A stretch of 44,936 nt of DNA from a virus (Duplodnaviria; Caudoviricetes), in the IMG/VR virus record IMGVR_UViG_3300037243_000031, positions 1 through 44,936 of that record; one strand, 5' to 3'. The position numbers and the translations under genes were made by a program. Shown here one piece after another: positions 1 through 8,182 of this stretch. The notes below the pieces were generated by a model that saw only the letters and a list, made by a program, of their open reading frames with translations, was not told the DNA's origin and did no database searches. Every line of letters starts with the position of its first letter. Position 1 is the first letter of the stretch.

Positions 1-174
1 CCCGCCGTTTCCTCCTGCCGGTGCCACGCCTCCCACTGGTCCCTGCTTAGGATTGCCTTGCTGTCCACCGTTACCTCCTTGCTGTTGCGAATCTTGCGTT
101 TGCTGGAACAACTTGCTGTAGCTGTCAACCGCGCCCATTAGTTGGTCCTGGTACTGCTTTGCGGCCTTCAATTC
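1..174. repeat. terminal direct repeat / circular overlap, left copy
   Basis: Identical to 44763-44936 except T48 vs C44810. Confidence 0.97.
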
Positions 175-2118
175 CTGATCCATCAGCGCCAACATCTTGC
201 TGTCGGCAGGTACGCCGGCCTCGGCGCGCAGCTTCATGGCTGAAGCCTCCAGCTGCATAACCTTGGCTTGGTTCAGGCGTGCGTCCTGCATGAGTTCGAG
301 TTGGTGCCTGCGGTCGCCGGATTCCAGTTTCGCCTTCTCGGTCTGCGCTTTAAGCTGCGCGACCTGAAGTTGAACAGGCGGCTGCGGTTGTGCGGCGCCG
401 GGAGATCCTGGTTTCGGGAAAATCTCGTCGATGTTCGGCACTTCCATCGCGTCTAGTACGCGACGCTCCACAGCGTAGCGGTTGTAGCCAGGCAGGCTTC
501 CCGCCATCTGGCGGACTTGCATGTCGCGGGCGAGGAGCTTCTCGCGGGAGGCGATAGACGGGTCTGCTGCTGGCACGATTGCTTTGTTGGACTCGAAATA
601 GTCGGTCCAAAGGGCGACGCCGCCCTGTCCTGATTCATCTGCATACTCAAACTTTCCTGTGATCGGTTTTGCAAGGTAGTTCAGGCGGTAGACGAGCCTG
701 AATTCCTTTTTCATTGCGCGATATGTGCGCTTGTAGATGCCGTTAAAGACCTTTTCGCCCTGGTCGATCACCGCTTGCGTCGTGCCCACTTTCTGGTTTT
801 GACCAGGGTTCTGGCCGGTAGCAGCGTCGGTAGCCATACCAATACGGCTGCCCCAATCGATAAGCAGATTGAGAAGCTGGAACAGGACGGGGGACGGCTC
901 CTTAGTCGGCAACGGCATAATGCCGTTCTTCAGATCGCCGGCGGTCGAGTCCGTACGTTTCCATTCCTGCGGTCGGAACGAGTATTCGCCGCCGCGCACG
1001 CGCACGCCGCGCGCGAGGAAGCCGCCGCCCAGGCTGTTCATCACGCCCGAATCGATGAGGATATTCATCAGCGAGTCAATGGCGTGGTTTGTGGCGCCGA
1101 GCAGCATCCCAAAGCCCATACCGTAGATCGAACCGTCTGGTGCGGGGATAAATTCGTACTTCGTGAAATAGTGTTCGGGTTCGATGCGCAGAATCACTCC
1201 GGCGTCATCGCGCTCCACCTTGTCTTCGTAGAAGCGCGCCACCAGGCGGTACAGAACGCCGTCGTCTTCGCGCACGAAAGCGATGTAGGGCTCGCGCAGG
1301 CCGTCGCCGTCCAGGTCCAGCCAGAGGTGTTGTTCCAGGAAAAGAATCGGCGTGTCCTGGTCAACCGCTGCGGGTTGGATTCCGTTAATGTCGTTTTCCG
1401 CCTGCTGGATCGGCCCCGTCGGCATGATCTCGCGCGGCGACGGAATCATGCCGTCTTCGCTTTCGTTCTCCGGCTTGCAGAAGAGTCCGCGCCGGACGCG
1501 CTCCTCCACTTCGTCTTGTGACAGCCCGATCACGTGCGTCAGGCGCGGCGCGAGCTCCAGCGACTTGGCGTGGTACGGGATCACCAAGTCCTTCGGCATC
1601 ACCAGTTCACTACGCACAGCGTGGAGCGATGACGAGTTAAACGTCTTCTTAAACGAGCACCCCATGATCGCTTGCACGATCAGAGCCTTGTCTGTGCTGT
1701 CCTCAAACTGCGTGTCCTCTTCCATGAGTTGGAACGACATGTGATCTGAGACACGCTTGGCGCGGGCCGATTTCGTGCCCTGCGGATCTTCGCCTATAAC
1801 GCGACAACTAACAGGGTTGCTGCCGCGCACCAAAGCAGGATAGGCACGAGCATGATACTGAAGTGCAGCAATCGTGAGTAGGGGGAAACGAACGTTCGAC
1901 GCACCCGGCCACGGGAAGGACTTTTCTTCCGCAAGTTGCATAACAAGCTTTTCCGCATCCGCATAACGAGACTCCCATTCATACCGCGATTGTTTGTCGT
2001 TCTCGTAATTCTGGCGGATGGTTTCGCCGATCAGTTTTGCGTCGTCGTCGTCCAGGTTCTCGCAAAGATTGTTGGAGTTAACGATCGTGTCGAACGCGAG
2101 ATGTTTTTGGAAATGCAT
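1..2118 (-). CDS. portal protein (5' part; continues across the junction to 44724, about 718 aa total)
   Basis: Not in the ORF track because it runs off the edge. ATG at 2118 gives MHFQKHLAFDTIV...EKSFPWPGASNVRFPLLTIAALQYHARAYP. It is in frame with ORF 44724..44933, lies downstream of terL, and has a Q/G-rich C-terminus. Confidence 0.88.
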   Translation of the reverse strand, partial: MHFQKHLAFDTIVNSNNLCENLDDDDAKLIGETIRQNYENDKQSRYEWESRYADAEKLVMQLAEEKSFPWPGASNVRFPLLTIAALQYHARAYPALVRGSNPVSCRVIGEDPQGTKSARAKRVSDHMSFQLMEEDTQFEDSTDKALIVQAIMGCSFKKTFNSSSLHAVRSELVMPKDLVIPYHAKSLELAPRLTHVIGLSQDEVEERVRRGLFCKPENESEDGMIPSPREIMPTGPIQQAENDINGIQPAAVDQDTPILFLEQHLWLDLDGDGLREPYIAFVREDDGVLYRLVARFYEDKVERDDAGVILRIEPEHYFTKYEFIPAPDGSIYGMGFGMLLGATNHAIDSLMNILIDSGVMNSLGGGFLARGVRVRGGEYSFRPQEWKRTDSTAGDLKNGIMPLPTKEPSPVLFQLLNLLIDWGSRIGMATDAATGQNPGQNQKVGTTQAVIDQGEKVFNGIYKRTYRAMKKEFRLVYRLNYLAKPITGKFEYADESGQGGVALWTDYFESNKAIVPAADPSIASREKLLARDMQVRQMAGSLPGYNRYAVERRVLDAMEVPNIDEIFPKPGSPGAAQPQPPVQLQVAQLKAQTEKAKLESGDRRHQLELMQDARLNQAKVMQLEASAMKLRAEAGVPADSKMLALMDQELKAAKQYQDQLMGAVDSYSKLFQQTQDSQQQGGNGGQQGNPKQGPVGGVAPAGGNGG

Positions 2119-2119
2119 T

Positions 2120-2461
2120 TTACTGTTCCTCGCCGACGATCACGCCGGTGTTGCGCTCAACTTGCACGACTCGATCGTCATATAAAACTTCGAGTCCCGG
2201 ATCTTTCTCACAGGTTACGTCGAGAATCTGGCCGACGTTGTCTTGCAGCCATTGTTCGATCGCGTTCATGAAACCTTCACTCGGGTCGAACGCACGAGCG
2301 GTTAGAATACGGACTTCCTTACCTTCTGATAGCCAAAGCTTAACGCGATCGACCATTGCGGGGATCGGCTCGCCAATATGTGTGTCGTCATCGCTGTGCG
2401 TGGTTTGCGCCAGCGTGCCGTCGAGATCGACGCCGATCCAGCTTGTGTAGCCGTCGCGCAT
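2120..2461 (-). CDS. small HAD-superfamily phosphatase-like protein
   Basis: Motif I VDLDGTL, motif II ILTAR, C-terminal LYDDR. Confidence 0.75.
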   Translation of the reverse strand: MRDGYTSWIGVDLDGTLAQTTHSDDDTHIGEPIPAMVDRVKLWLSEGKEVRILTARAFDPSEGFMNAIEQWLQDNVGQILDVTCEKDPGLEVLYDDRVVQVERNTGVIVGEEQ

Positions 2462-2462
2462 A

Positions 2463-3980
2463 TCAGTATCCGGTAACAGGGTTTCGACCTTGGCCGCCGG
2501 TATCGCGCGACTTCTCGGCCCGCCATTCGTCTTCCTCGACTTCGTCTTCGGTCGGAGGCGTGATTATCTCATCCAACGCCAACCCGAACTGCGACATGGT
2601 GTCGACAAAGTCATCGTGGCCGCCGCGCGGGAACTGAAGCATTTCCTGCTCAATGTCGTCGTACCAATCAGCGGACTTGTCAAAACGCACGCGCCGAGCC
2701 TTCATCCGCGCTTGAATCGACTTCGCCCGCGTGACCTTGTCCTTGCTCGGGACCATCAGGTGCATATTCAAAAAGCAATTGCGCCTGGCCATCTCTTCAT
2801 TCAGGTAGGGGCCGATCGCTTTTAGAATTGTGCCGGATTCTACGAACCACAGTTCGGGTTCGTACTCCTCATGGGCCGCGAACATGTTATCGACCAGGGT
2901 TTTCGGGTCCCATCGGCCCTTTCGAACGTCGATCACATCGAGATTTTGCTCGGGGTCCAGCGTCGCAAGACTGATCACCGAACGGTCAGCCGACGTACGC
3001 GTCGAGACGGCAAAGTCAACCGAAGCGTAGAAGTTGACCGGGCGGCGACCCGGATTCGTCTCCCAGTCTCGATAATGCTGGAACGGGATGTCGATCATGT
3101 CCTCGCGATCGAAGAACGCGTTCCCTTCCGCGATCGGGGTGTTCAACATCTCCTGGGCGTAGGCGTCCGACTTGCCCGCGTTGATCGCGAGCTGGCGCTC
3201 CGCGCGTAAATCAGCCTCTGGCCACTTCTCCGGCCACAGAATATCCGAGAAGTCATCGAAGGCGTGATGCGCGGACCAGAGGTGGCTAGTCCACGACTTA
3301 TCCGACATCAGGCGCATCAGCAGCGAATTGAAAGCCATGATCGTGCCGACGATCCTGAACAGGCAGTCCTTCGAGCCGACGTGCAGCACCGCCTTGTAGA
3401 ACCAGTCGATAAATTTGCGCAGGCGTTCTGGGTTCGACACGATCTCTTCGAATTCTAGATCGTCGCCCAAGACCAGGTTCGGTCGCTTGCCCCGCCACTT
3501 CATACCGCGCAAGCGCTGTTCACTGCCCCGCGCAAGGACGCGCACCTGATACCCGTCATTAAATTCCAGGATGATCTCGGTGTCCGTGTCTTTCACAAAT
3601 TCCCGGAATCCGAAGTCGCGGCGCAGTTCTTCGTTCTCGTGAAACTCGTTCTTGATCTCCTTCAACTGCGAGACCGCCTGCCCTTCCGAGTCTGAGAGGA
3701 TCAGAACGTGATCGCGGAACCGGAAGCAGATTGCCGCCAGTGCAAACGTCAAGGTGATCGCGCTTGACTTCGCGTGGTGGCGCGGCGCCGCCCAGGCGCA
3801 GTGCTTGAACGCTTCGTTGCAAGCCTCTTCCCACATCGTCTTGTGGAAGGGCGCCGACTGGCTCGCGCCGTCGAACCCCTGCATCAAGTAATGCTTTTGA
3901 AAGCCTTCAATAAGGGCGACATCGAGCGCGCCCTTCGCTTTCGCGGCCGGCGGCTTCTGTGCGGTCTTCGCGGCGGTCAA
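2463..3980 (-). CDS. terL: terminase large subunit
   Basis: Walker A-like APRHHAKS, Walker B LVLGDD, RNase H-like SVDFA and GHDDFVD. Start moved to TTG 3980, which has a GAGGA RBS and overlaps the upstream stop. Confidence 0.95.
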   Translation of the reverse strand: MTAAKTAQKPPAAKAKGALDVALIEGFQKHYLMQGFDGASQSAPFHKTMWEEACNEAFKHCAWAAPRHHAKSSAITLTFALAAICFRFRDHVLILSDSEGQAVSQLKEIKNEFHENEELRRDFGFREFVKDTDTEIILEFNDGYQVRVLARGSEQRLRGMKWRGKRPNLVLGDDLEFEEIVSNPERLRKFIDWFYKAVLHVGSKDCLFRIVGTIMAFNSLLMRLMSDKSWTSHLWSAHHAFDDFSDILWPEKWPEADLRAERQLAINAGKSDAYAQEMLNTPIAEGNAFFDREDMIDIPFQHYRDWETNPGRRPVNFYASVDFAVSTRTSADRSVISLATLDPEQNLDVIDVRKGRWDPKTLVDNMFAAHEEYEPELWFVESGTILKAIGPYLNEEMARRNCFLNMHLMVPSKDKVTRAKSIQARMKARRVRFDKSADWYDDIEQEMLQFPRGGHDDFVDTMSQFGLALDEIITPPTEDEVEEDEWRAEKSRDTGGQGRNPVTGY

Positions 3981-4234
3981 CCCTGTTCCTCGCCTAACGC
4001 TGCGCGCGCTGCGGCGATGTTGAGGATTCCGATTGCCCGCGCCGTGTCGCACGGCTTGCCGCACGTGCGCCGAGTAATCGAACCGTCGTCCCTTTCCAGC
4101 ACCATGAAGATATTGCGCAGGGGCTCGAAGTCTTCCTCTTCCAACCAATCCGCCATCTGGCGCAGGTGCGCCGCAATATCCGAATTGCTGTTGCACATCC
4201 CGCCGAGTTCGAGAGCAAACAATTCGGCGCTCAC
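3977..4234 (-). CDS. hypothetical protein
   Basis: GTG at 4234 overlaps the upstream TGA; the stop overlaps the terL start. Confidence 0.6.
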   Translation of the reverse strand: MSAELFALELGGMCNSNSDIAAHLRQMADWLEEEDFEPLRNIFMVLERDDGSITRRTCGKPCDTARAIGILNIAAARAALGEEQG

Positions 4235-4323
4235 TGAACCGTGCCCCAAATGGCGATCTTGTCGTAGTGGATGGCGCGCACGCCGTAGACCCAACGGGCG
4301 TTGAAAATTTGCACGTAGGTCAT
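4231..4323 (-). CDS. 30-aa hypothetical peptide
   Basis: MTYVQIFNARWVYGVRAIHYDKIAIWGTVQ; fills the gap exactly, with ATGA and GTGA overlaps. Confidence 0.45.
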   Translation of the reverse strand: MTYVQIFNARWVYGVRAIHYDKIAIWGTVQ

Positions 4324-4526
4324 CCGTCCACCGCCGTGCGCAGTTGGTCGATCATGTCGGAGATTTGGACGAACAGCGGATGGAAGTCGAGCACGAGACC
4401 CGGCCCTTTGAGCGCCGTCTTCTGAACCTCGAACAGATTGTCGTTCACCGCCATCAGTTGGCCGATGGTGCGAAAGACCGCGCCCCTGTCTTCGTAGAAG
4501 CCCCGCGTGTTCACGAGTCTGGTCAT
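4320..4526 (-). CDS. hypothetical protein
   Basis: 68-aa ORF with ATGA coupling at both ends. Confidence 0.6.
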   Translation of the reverse strand: MTRLVNTRGFYEDRGAVFRTIGQLMAVNDNLFEVQKTALKGPGLVLDFHPLFVQISDMIDQLRTAVDG

Positions 4527-4663
4527 TTCTTTTTCTTCTTGCCGCTCTTGCCCGCCTTACTCAAGGCAATTGCGACGGCCTGCTTCTGCGGCTTGCCGGC
4601 GGCCATCTCTGTTTTTACATTTTCCGAAACAGCTTTCTTGGACTTCCCTTTCTTCAGCGGCAT
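4523..4663 (-). CDS. small Lys-rich phage protein
   Basis: MPLKKGKSKKAVSENVKTEMAAGKPQKQAVAIALSKAGK..., AAGGAG RBS; below the ORF-track cutoff. Confidence 0.75.
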   Translation of the reverse strand: MPLKKGKSKKAVSENVKTEMAAGKPQKQAVAIALSKAGKSGKKKKK

Positions 4664-4672
4664 GCCAGCTCC

Positions 4673-5227
4673 TTAGCAAAGATCGTCGTCAACCTGCTTC
4701 ACTTCCACGTCCTCAACGGCGGTGTCCCTGAGAACGTCCTTGCTCTCAGCTAACGAGTACTGCCGCAACTTGTTCGCGATCCGCTCCAGTGCACTCTCGG
4801 CGTGGTCATCGTCTGACTCAGGCGTCTTGCGGATGGCTGCTCGCTTGTCGAACAGGACACCGGTCACCACCGCCAGGTCGCGGGCGCTTACCGGCACTTG
4901 CTCCCTGAAGATGCCGTCCTTAGTGGATAGCACTTTCGTGTCGCCCTTCTCGATCCGGTCTTCCAGTGCGTCCAGCGACTTCGCCAGGATCTTCGTGATC
5001 CGGCCGTCCATTTGCTTGTCAAGCGAACGCTTAAGTTCCTTGATCGCCTTCTCAAACCACGGTGCCTTGCTCCACTCGTGCGCGGTGTTCTTGTGGACGC
5101 CCACAATCTGAGCCGACTTAACCGCGTTGCCGGTTTCGAAGTAGACGCCCACGAACGCTTCGCGCCGAGCCTCATCCGGTTCGGGATACTGTCCGGCAGT
5201 AGACGGGACTTTGCGATTCGTTGCCAT
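4673..5227 (-). CDS. terS: terminase small subunit (probable)
   Basis: N-terminal HTH (GNAVKSAQIVGVHKNTAHEW), helical middle, SARDLAVVTGVLFDK; first gene of the packaging operon. Confidence 0.7.
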   Translation of the reverse strand: MATNRKVPSTAGQYPEPDEARREAFVGVYFETGNAVKSAQIVGVHKNTAHEWSKAPWFEKAIKELKRSLDKQMDGRITKILAKSLDALEDRIEKGDTKVLSTKDGIFREQVPVSARDLAVVTGVLFDKRAAIRKTPESDDDHAESALERIANKLRQYSLAESKDVLRDTAVEDVEVKQVDDDLC

Positions 5228-5295
5228 GCCGTTACCTACGTGTGTATTGCGTGTAATATAGCACACGTAAAACCCCTACCGCTTTGGAGATTAAT

Positions 5296-5556
5296 ATGTC
5301 AGATACCCCCGAACTCGTCTTTCCTGCCGCTGAGCCCGTTCAAGATGTTTGTGTTGAAGTTATCGCCGAACTCGCGCCGGCAGCAGAACTCCCAAACGTA
5401 TCTGCGGAAACTGCGGCCGATTCCGCCCCCGCAACTACCGCTGCTCCTGCCGTTGGCGTTAGCGACCTGCATCATATCCACACGGGCTTCCTCCAAGTGT
5501 CGGTGCGCGAGGGCGTCGCCCGCCTGGAAGCGCTGATCGCCCGCCTCGAAGCCTGA
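5296..5556 (+). CDS. hypothetical acidic Ala/Pro-rich protein
   Basis: GGAG RBS before ATG 5296. Confidence 0.55.
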   Translation: MSDTPELVFPAAEPVQDVCVEVIAELAPAAELPNVSAETAADSAPATTAAPAVGVSDLHHIHTGFLQVSVREGVARLEALIARLEA

Positions 5557-5558
5557 TC

Positions 5559-5987
5559 GTGTTCCACGTCACGCCCGAAGGCGAGAAGTACAAGAAGGGT
5601 ATCAACTGGTGGCGTGCGCCTGGCTGGGTGCGCCTTGTGTTCTTCTGCGGCGATTGCCGTTTGTATTTCCGCCTTCGCTGGCGTGGCGGCTTGCGTCTGT
5701 TCTGCCACTGGGATTTGAGGAGGAACGAGGAACCTGCGCGCACTTTCGTGTGGACAGGTTCGGAGTTTGTTCCTTGCTCGGATGAGGCCGAAGAGTCCGC
5801 CGCCCAACGGTTAGCGGATGAGACTTCAGGTGCTTGGGAGCAGTGGCAGCGCGAGGCAAATTCGAAGGAAGTGAAAGAAGCCCAAGTGCGCTACTTCAGA
5901 GAGCAAAGGGAACGTTGTCTGGAACTTGAGAAGGCCGGTTTAACGCCGGCGGAAATATGGCGGGCACTGCACCCAGACGAGAAATAA
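5559..5987 (+). CDS. hypothetical protein
   Basis: 142-aa ORF immediately after the previous stop, followed by a terminator. Confidence 0.6.
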   Translation: MFHVTPEGEKYKKGINWWRAPGWVRLVFFCGDCRLYFRLRWRGGLRLFCHWDLRRNEEPARTFVWTGSEFVPCSDEAEESAAQRLADETSGAWEQWQREANSKEVKEAQVRYFREQRERCLELEKAGLTPAEIWRALHPDEK

Positions 5988-5989
5988 CT

Positions 5990-6017
5990 AACCCCGCTTC
6001 GGCGGGGTTTTTGTTTG
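5990..6017 (+). terminator. intrinsic terminator
   Basis: AACCCCGC-TTCG-GCGGGGTT then TTTGTTT. Confidence 0.85.
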
Positions 6018-6356
6018 TGGACGGGAAGATTGCAAATTGTAGGTTTCGTTCTGTCTGGCAGAACGTGTAACTATTTACAGTTCGCGATTTCTGCATAAAA
6101 GCCGAATCTGCAAAATTTGCAGAAAACTTTTGGCTCTTTAAATTTCAGTTAGCGTCTGAAGCAGGGTAGTAACAATAATGGTTATGCGCGATTTACCCCG
6201 GAGGGGTCGCCCAAATCCGGCCCGAAACGCGTGGATCCGGGCTGAAAGTACGATAATCCATATTATGTCCACTACCAGGTTACGGTTCGAAGCCTTACGC
6301 AGCAAGGCGCAAAGGCAGGTAGTGGCTTGCTGATAGCGATTATGCGTCGTGGTTGC

Positions 6357-6773
6357 TTACAGATTTAGGGCTGTCTCTTTCGGTTTGCGTGCAGGCTTCC
6401 GGCGCTTGCCGATCGCTGCTTTATGCAGGCGCTTAAGATGAGCCTTTAAAAGAGGCGAACACCCTGTCTTGTAGCCCTGCGCGTAAATCGTCAACTGACA
6501 ATGGGGGCAGACCCTTGCAGCATACGAACGCTTATCGGTGCCCGGGCACATCTCCTCAAACACCAACGGGAAATCCTTAATGCGCTCCAGAGAGATCGCG
6601 GCTGCCGGCGGTATCTTCCCTCTGCTGATCCACTTGTTGACCGAGTAGCGGGACAGCGCGAGCCTGTCAGCCAGCACGGATTGCGAACCTGCCCACTCAA
6701 TAGCTATCAGCAAAGCGCGGGCGCAAATTGACTTGTGGAACGTGTGTATCTCTTCTTGCAATCCGTTTCGCAT
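6357..6773 (-). CDS. Cro/YdaS-like HTH regulator with CxxC and basic tail
   Basis: AIEWAGSQSVLADRLALSRYSVNKWISRGKIP helix-turn-helix pattern; CPHC. Start uncertain. Confidence 0.65.
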   Translation of the reverse strand: MRNGLQEEIHTFHKSICARALLIAIEWAGSQSVLADRLALSRYSVNKWISRGKIPPAAAISLERIKDFPLVFEEMCPGTDKRSYAARVCPHCQLTIYAQGYKTGCSPLLKAHLKRLHKAAIGKRRKPARKPKETALNL

Positions 6774-6783
6774 CTGCTATAGT
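6756..6783 (+). promoter_or_regulatory. sigma70-type promoter, repeated cassette copy 1
   Basis: TTGCAA-16-TATAGT with TTTCGCATCTGC before the -10. Confidence 0.75.
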
Positions 6784-6809
6784 CCAATCGCTAACACAAG
6801 GAGATAAAG

Positions 6810-6983
6810 ATGAGGCCTGACAACCCAACCGCCCAACAGGACATCTGGCTAACCAGATTCCTGAGAGTCGTTCTAACGGCTCGCCCTGCCCTTCGCCGGA
6901 GTCTGGACTACGAAGGTATCAACCGGCTCTACGAAACCCGTCCTGACCCCGTTCAGGCAGCCCGTGAGTATCTTGGAGGCTAG
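6810..6983 (+). CDS. 57-aa hypothetical protein
   Basis: AAGGAG RBS; MRPDNPTAQQDIWLTRFL...; directly after the promoter. Confidence 0.7.
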   Translation: MRPDNPTAQQDIWLTRFLRVVLTARPALRRSLDYEGINRLYETRPDPVQAAREYLGG

Positions 6984-6984
6984 A

Positions 6985-7116
6985 ATGCATACGGTCATAA
7001 CTCTACTCGCAAACGGCTACATGGAATGCGTGTGCTTTGACATGTGGTTGCCTGAGCTTCAACGCCACTGGCTCTACCGGCGCACAGTGGATTATTCACG
7101 AATTATCTGGTGCTGA
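6985..7116 (+). CDS. 43-aa hypothetical protein
   Basis: GGAGG RBS; MHTVITLLANGYMECVCF...; tight packing. Confidence 0.5.
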   Translation: MHTVITLLANGYMECVCFDMWLPELQRHWLYRRTVDYSRIIWC

Positions 7117-7117
7117 C

Positions 7118-7282
7118 ATGCTGATCGGGAAACTGACTCTACCTCCGCTGAACTCCGTGCCTGAAGGGGCGATCGTGCCTTTTTGGTTAGCCTGTGTCCT
7201 GTGGCTGGTGATCTGCGCCTGTACGACGCTTCTTGCCCAACTGATCTGGAAAATGATATGGAACAAATTCAAAAAATGCTAA
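7118..7282 (+). CDS. small membrane protein
   Basis: One hydrophobic helix (FWLACVLWLVICACTTLLA) followed by basic residues. Confidence 0.5.
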   Translation: MLIGKLTLPPLNSVPEGAIVPFWLACVLWLVICACTTLLAQLIWKMIWNKFKKC

Positions 7283-7425
7283 CAGGCTACACCTGCCCGC
7301 ACTGCGGCAAGTCTGGTTTGATGAAATTCACAACGATCGGCGGCGATTTCGTGGCTGACGGGCCGAACGAGGAAACCGGCGAGATGATCCGCCACGTTTG
7401 TGAGACCTTAGGAGATCCGCAATGA
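7258..7425 (+). CDS. small zinc-ribbon-like protein
   Basis: YTCPHCGK and HVC; ATGA coupling to the next gene. Confidence 0.55.
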   Translation: MEQIQKMLTGYTCPHCGKSGLMKFTTIGGDFVADGPNEETGEMIRHVCETLGDPQ

Positions 7426-7637
7426 CGAATCCTGTAATTCTTAGAGGCGATCACAACGTCTGCCCGTCGTGCGGTGAGTGCTTCAACTCGTCAGCGGCTT
7501 TCGACAAACACAGGACGGGTGCATTCGGTATCGACAGACGCTGCTCCACCGCCGATGAGATGCTTTCCATAAAGATGGCGAAAAACGCGGACGGGTTCTG
7601 GGTAACAAAGCAAAATCCGATGTACGCCTTGGTTTGA
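7422..7637 (+). CDS. zinc-binding protein (FDxHR type)
   Basis: CPSCGECFNSSAAFDKHR...RRC; GGAG RBS. Confidence 0.7.
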   Translation: MTNPVILRGDHNVCPSCGECFNSSAAFDKHRTGAFGIDRRCSTADEMLSIKMAKNADGFWVTKQNPMYALV

Positions 7638-7642
7638 AACTA

Positions 7643-7665
7643 AAACGGCCCGCTAAGGGCCGTTT
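7643..7665. terminator. bidirectional terminator
   Basis: AAACGGCCC-GCTAA-GGGCCGTTT between convergent genes. Confidence 0.8.
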
Positions 7666-7677
7666 GTACGTCTGGAC

Positions 7678-7854
7678 CTACCCGACTACCTCCTCAGCCT
7701 TCCGAGCCCGTCCTGCGGCTTCTGCAAGCTCCTGATCGGCATGCGCGATGCACTTCTGGCACCACAGCGGCCCCGACCATCTGACCAGTTCGAGTAATCC
7801 AACATCGAACTCGCTTCTACAGCAAACGCATAAAACCGAATCGCGCCTGACCAT
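7678..7854 (-). CDS. 58-aa zinc-finger-like protein
   Basis: MVRRDSVLCVCCRSEF...WCQKC; abuts the upstream stop. Confidence 0.55.
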   Translation of the reverse strand: MVRRDSVLCVCCRSEFDVGLLELVRWSGPLWCQKCIAHADQELAEAAGRARKAEEVVG

Positions 7855-8046
7855 CTATTTCATCTCCTTCATCATTCGCCAAATCTCGCCCACACTTTCT
7901 TCCACGTCGATCTCGCTGCTATTGCCGACCAGCAGAATCCTACTTCCACTTTCGTAACCGCTGCAAACGTGCGCAATCTTCGTGAACGGGATAAGCAGTT
8001 CAACTTCCCGGCTGTCGCCTGTCATTCTCGTTACTTTTATAAACAT
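7855..8046 (-). CDS. hypothetical protein
   Basis: 63-aa ORF, AAGGA RBS. Confidence 0.6.
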   Translation of the reverse strand: MFIKVTRMTGDSREVELLIPFTKIAHVCSGYESGSRILLVGNSSEIDVEESVGEIWRMMKEMK

Positions 8047-8076
8047 TTCATTTTCCTTTCATTTAGGGGTTTTGTC

Positions 8077-8182
8077 TTGGCTGAGGTTGCTGAGGTGCTG
8101 AGGTCTTATAGACACCTCAGCAACCTCAGACTTCAGCCGAACCTCAGCCGAACCTCAGCCGAACCTCAGCAACCTCAGCCAA
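8077..8182. repeat. iteron-like ACCTCAG(C) array in inverted arrangement, putative replication origin
   Basis: Three GCTGAGGT copies face six ACCTCAG copies plus one CTTCAGC variant; perfect 20-bp outer inverted repeat; sits at the 3' end of the primase-helicase. Confidence 0.75.

Noticed and set aside
775-1521. 248-aa plus-strand ORF and the other long antisense ORFs (for example 14772-15779, 24546-25163, 41206-41865)
   Set aside because: They are shadows of well-supported genes on the opposite strand of GC-rich DNA, with no motifs or RBS.
3981-4196. N-terminal extension of terL in the ORF track
   Set aside because: It overlaps a better-coupled 85-aa gene; TTG 3980 has an RBS and a stop-start overlap.
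8077-8182. CRISPR array
   Set aside because: Units are 8-11 bp with no unique spacers and in two orientations; this is an iteron-like pattern.
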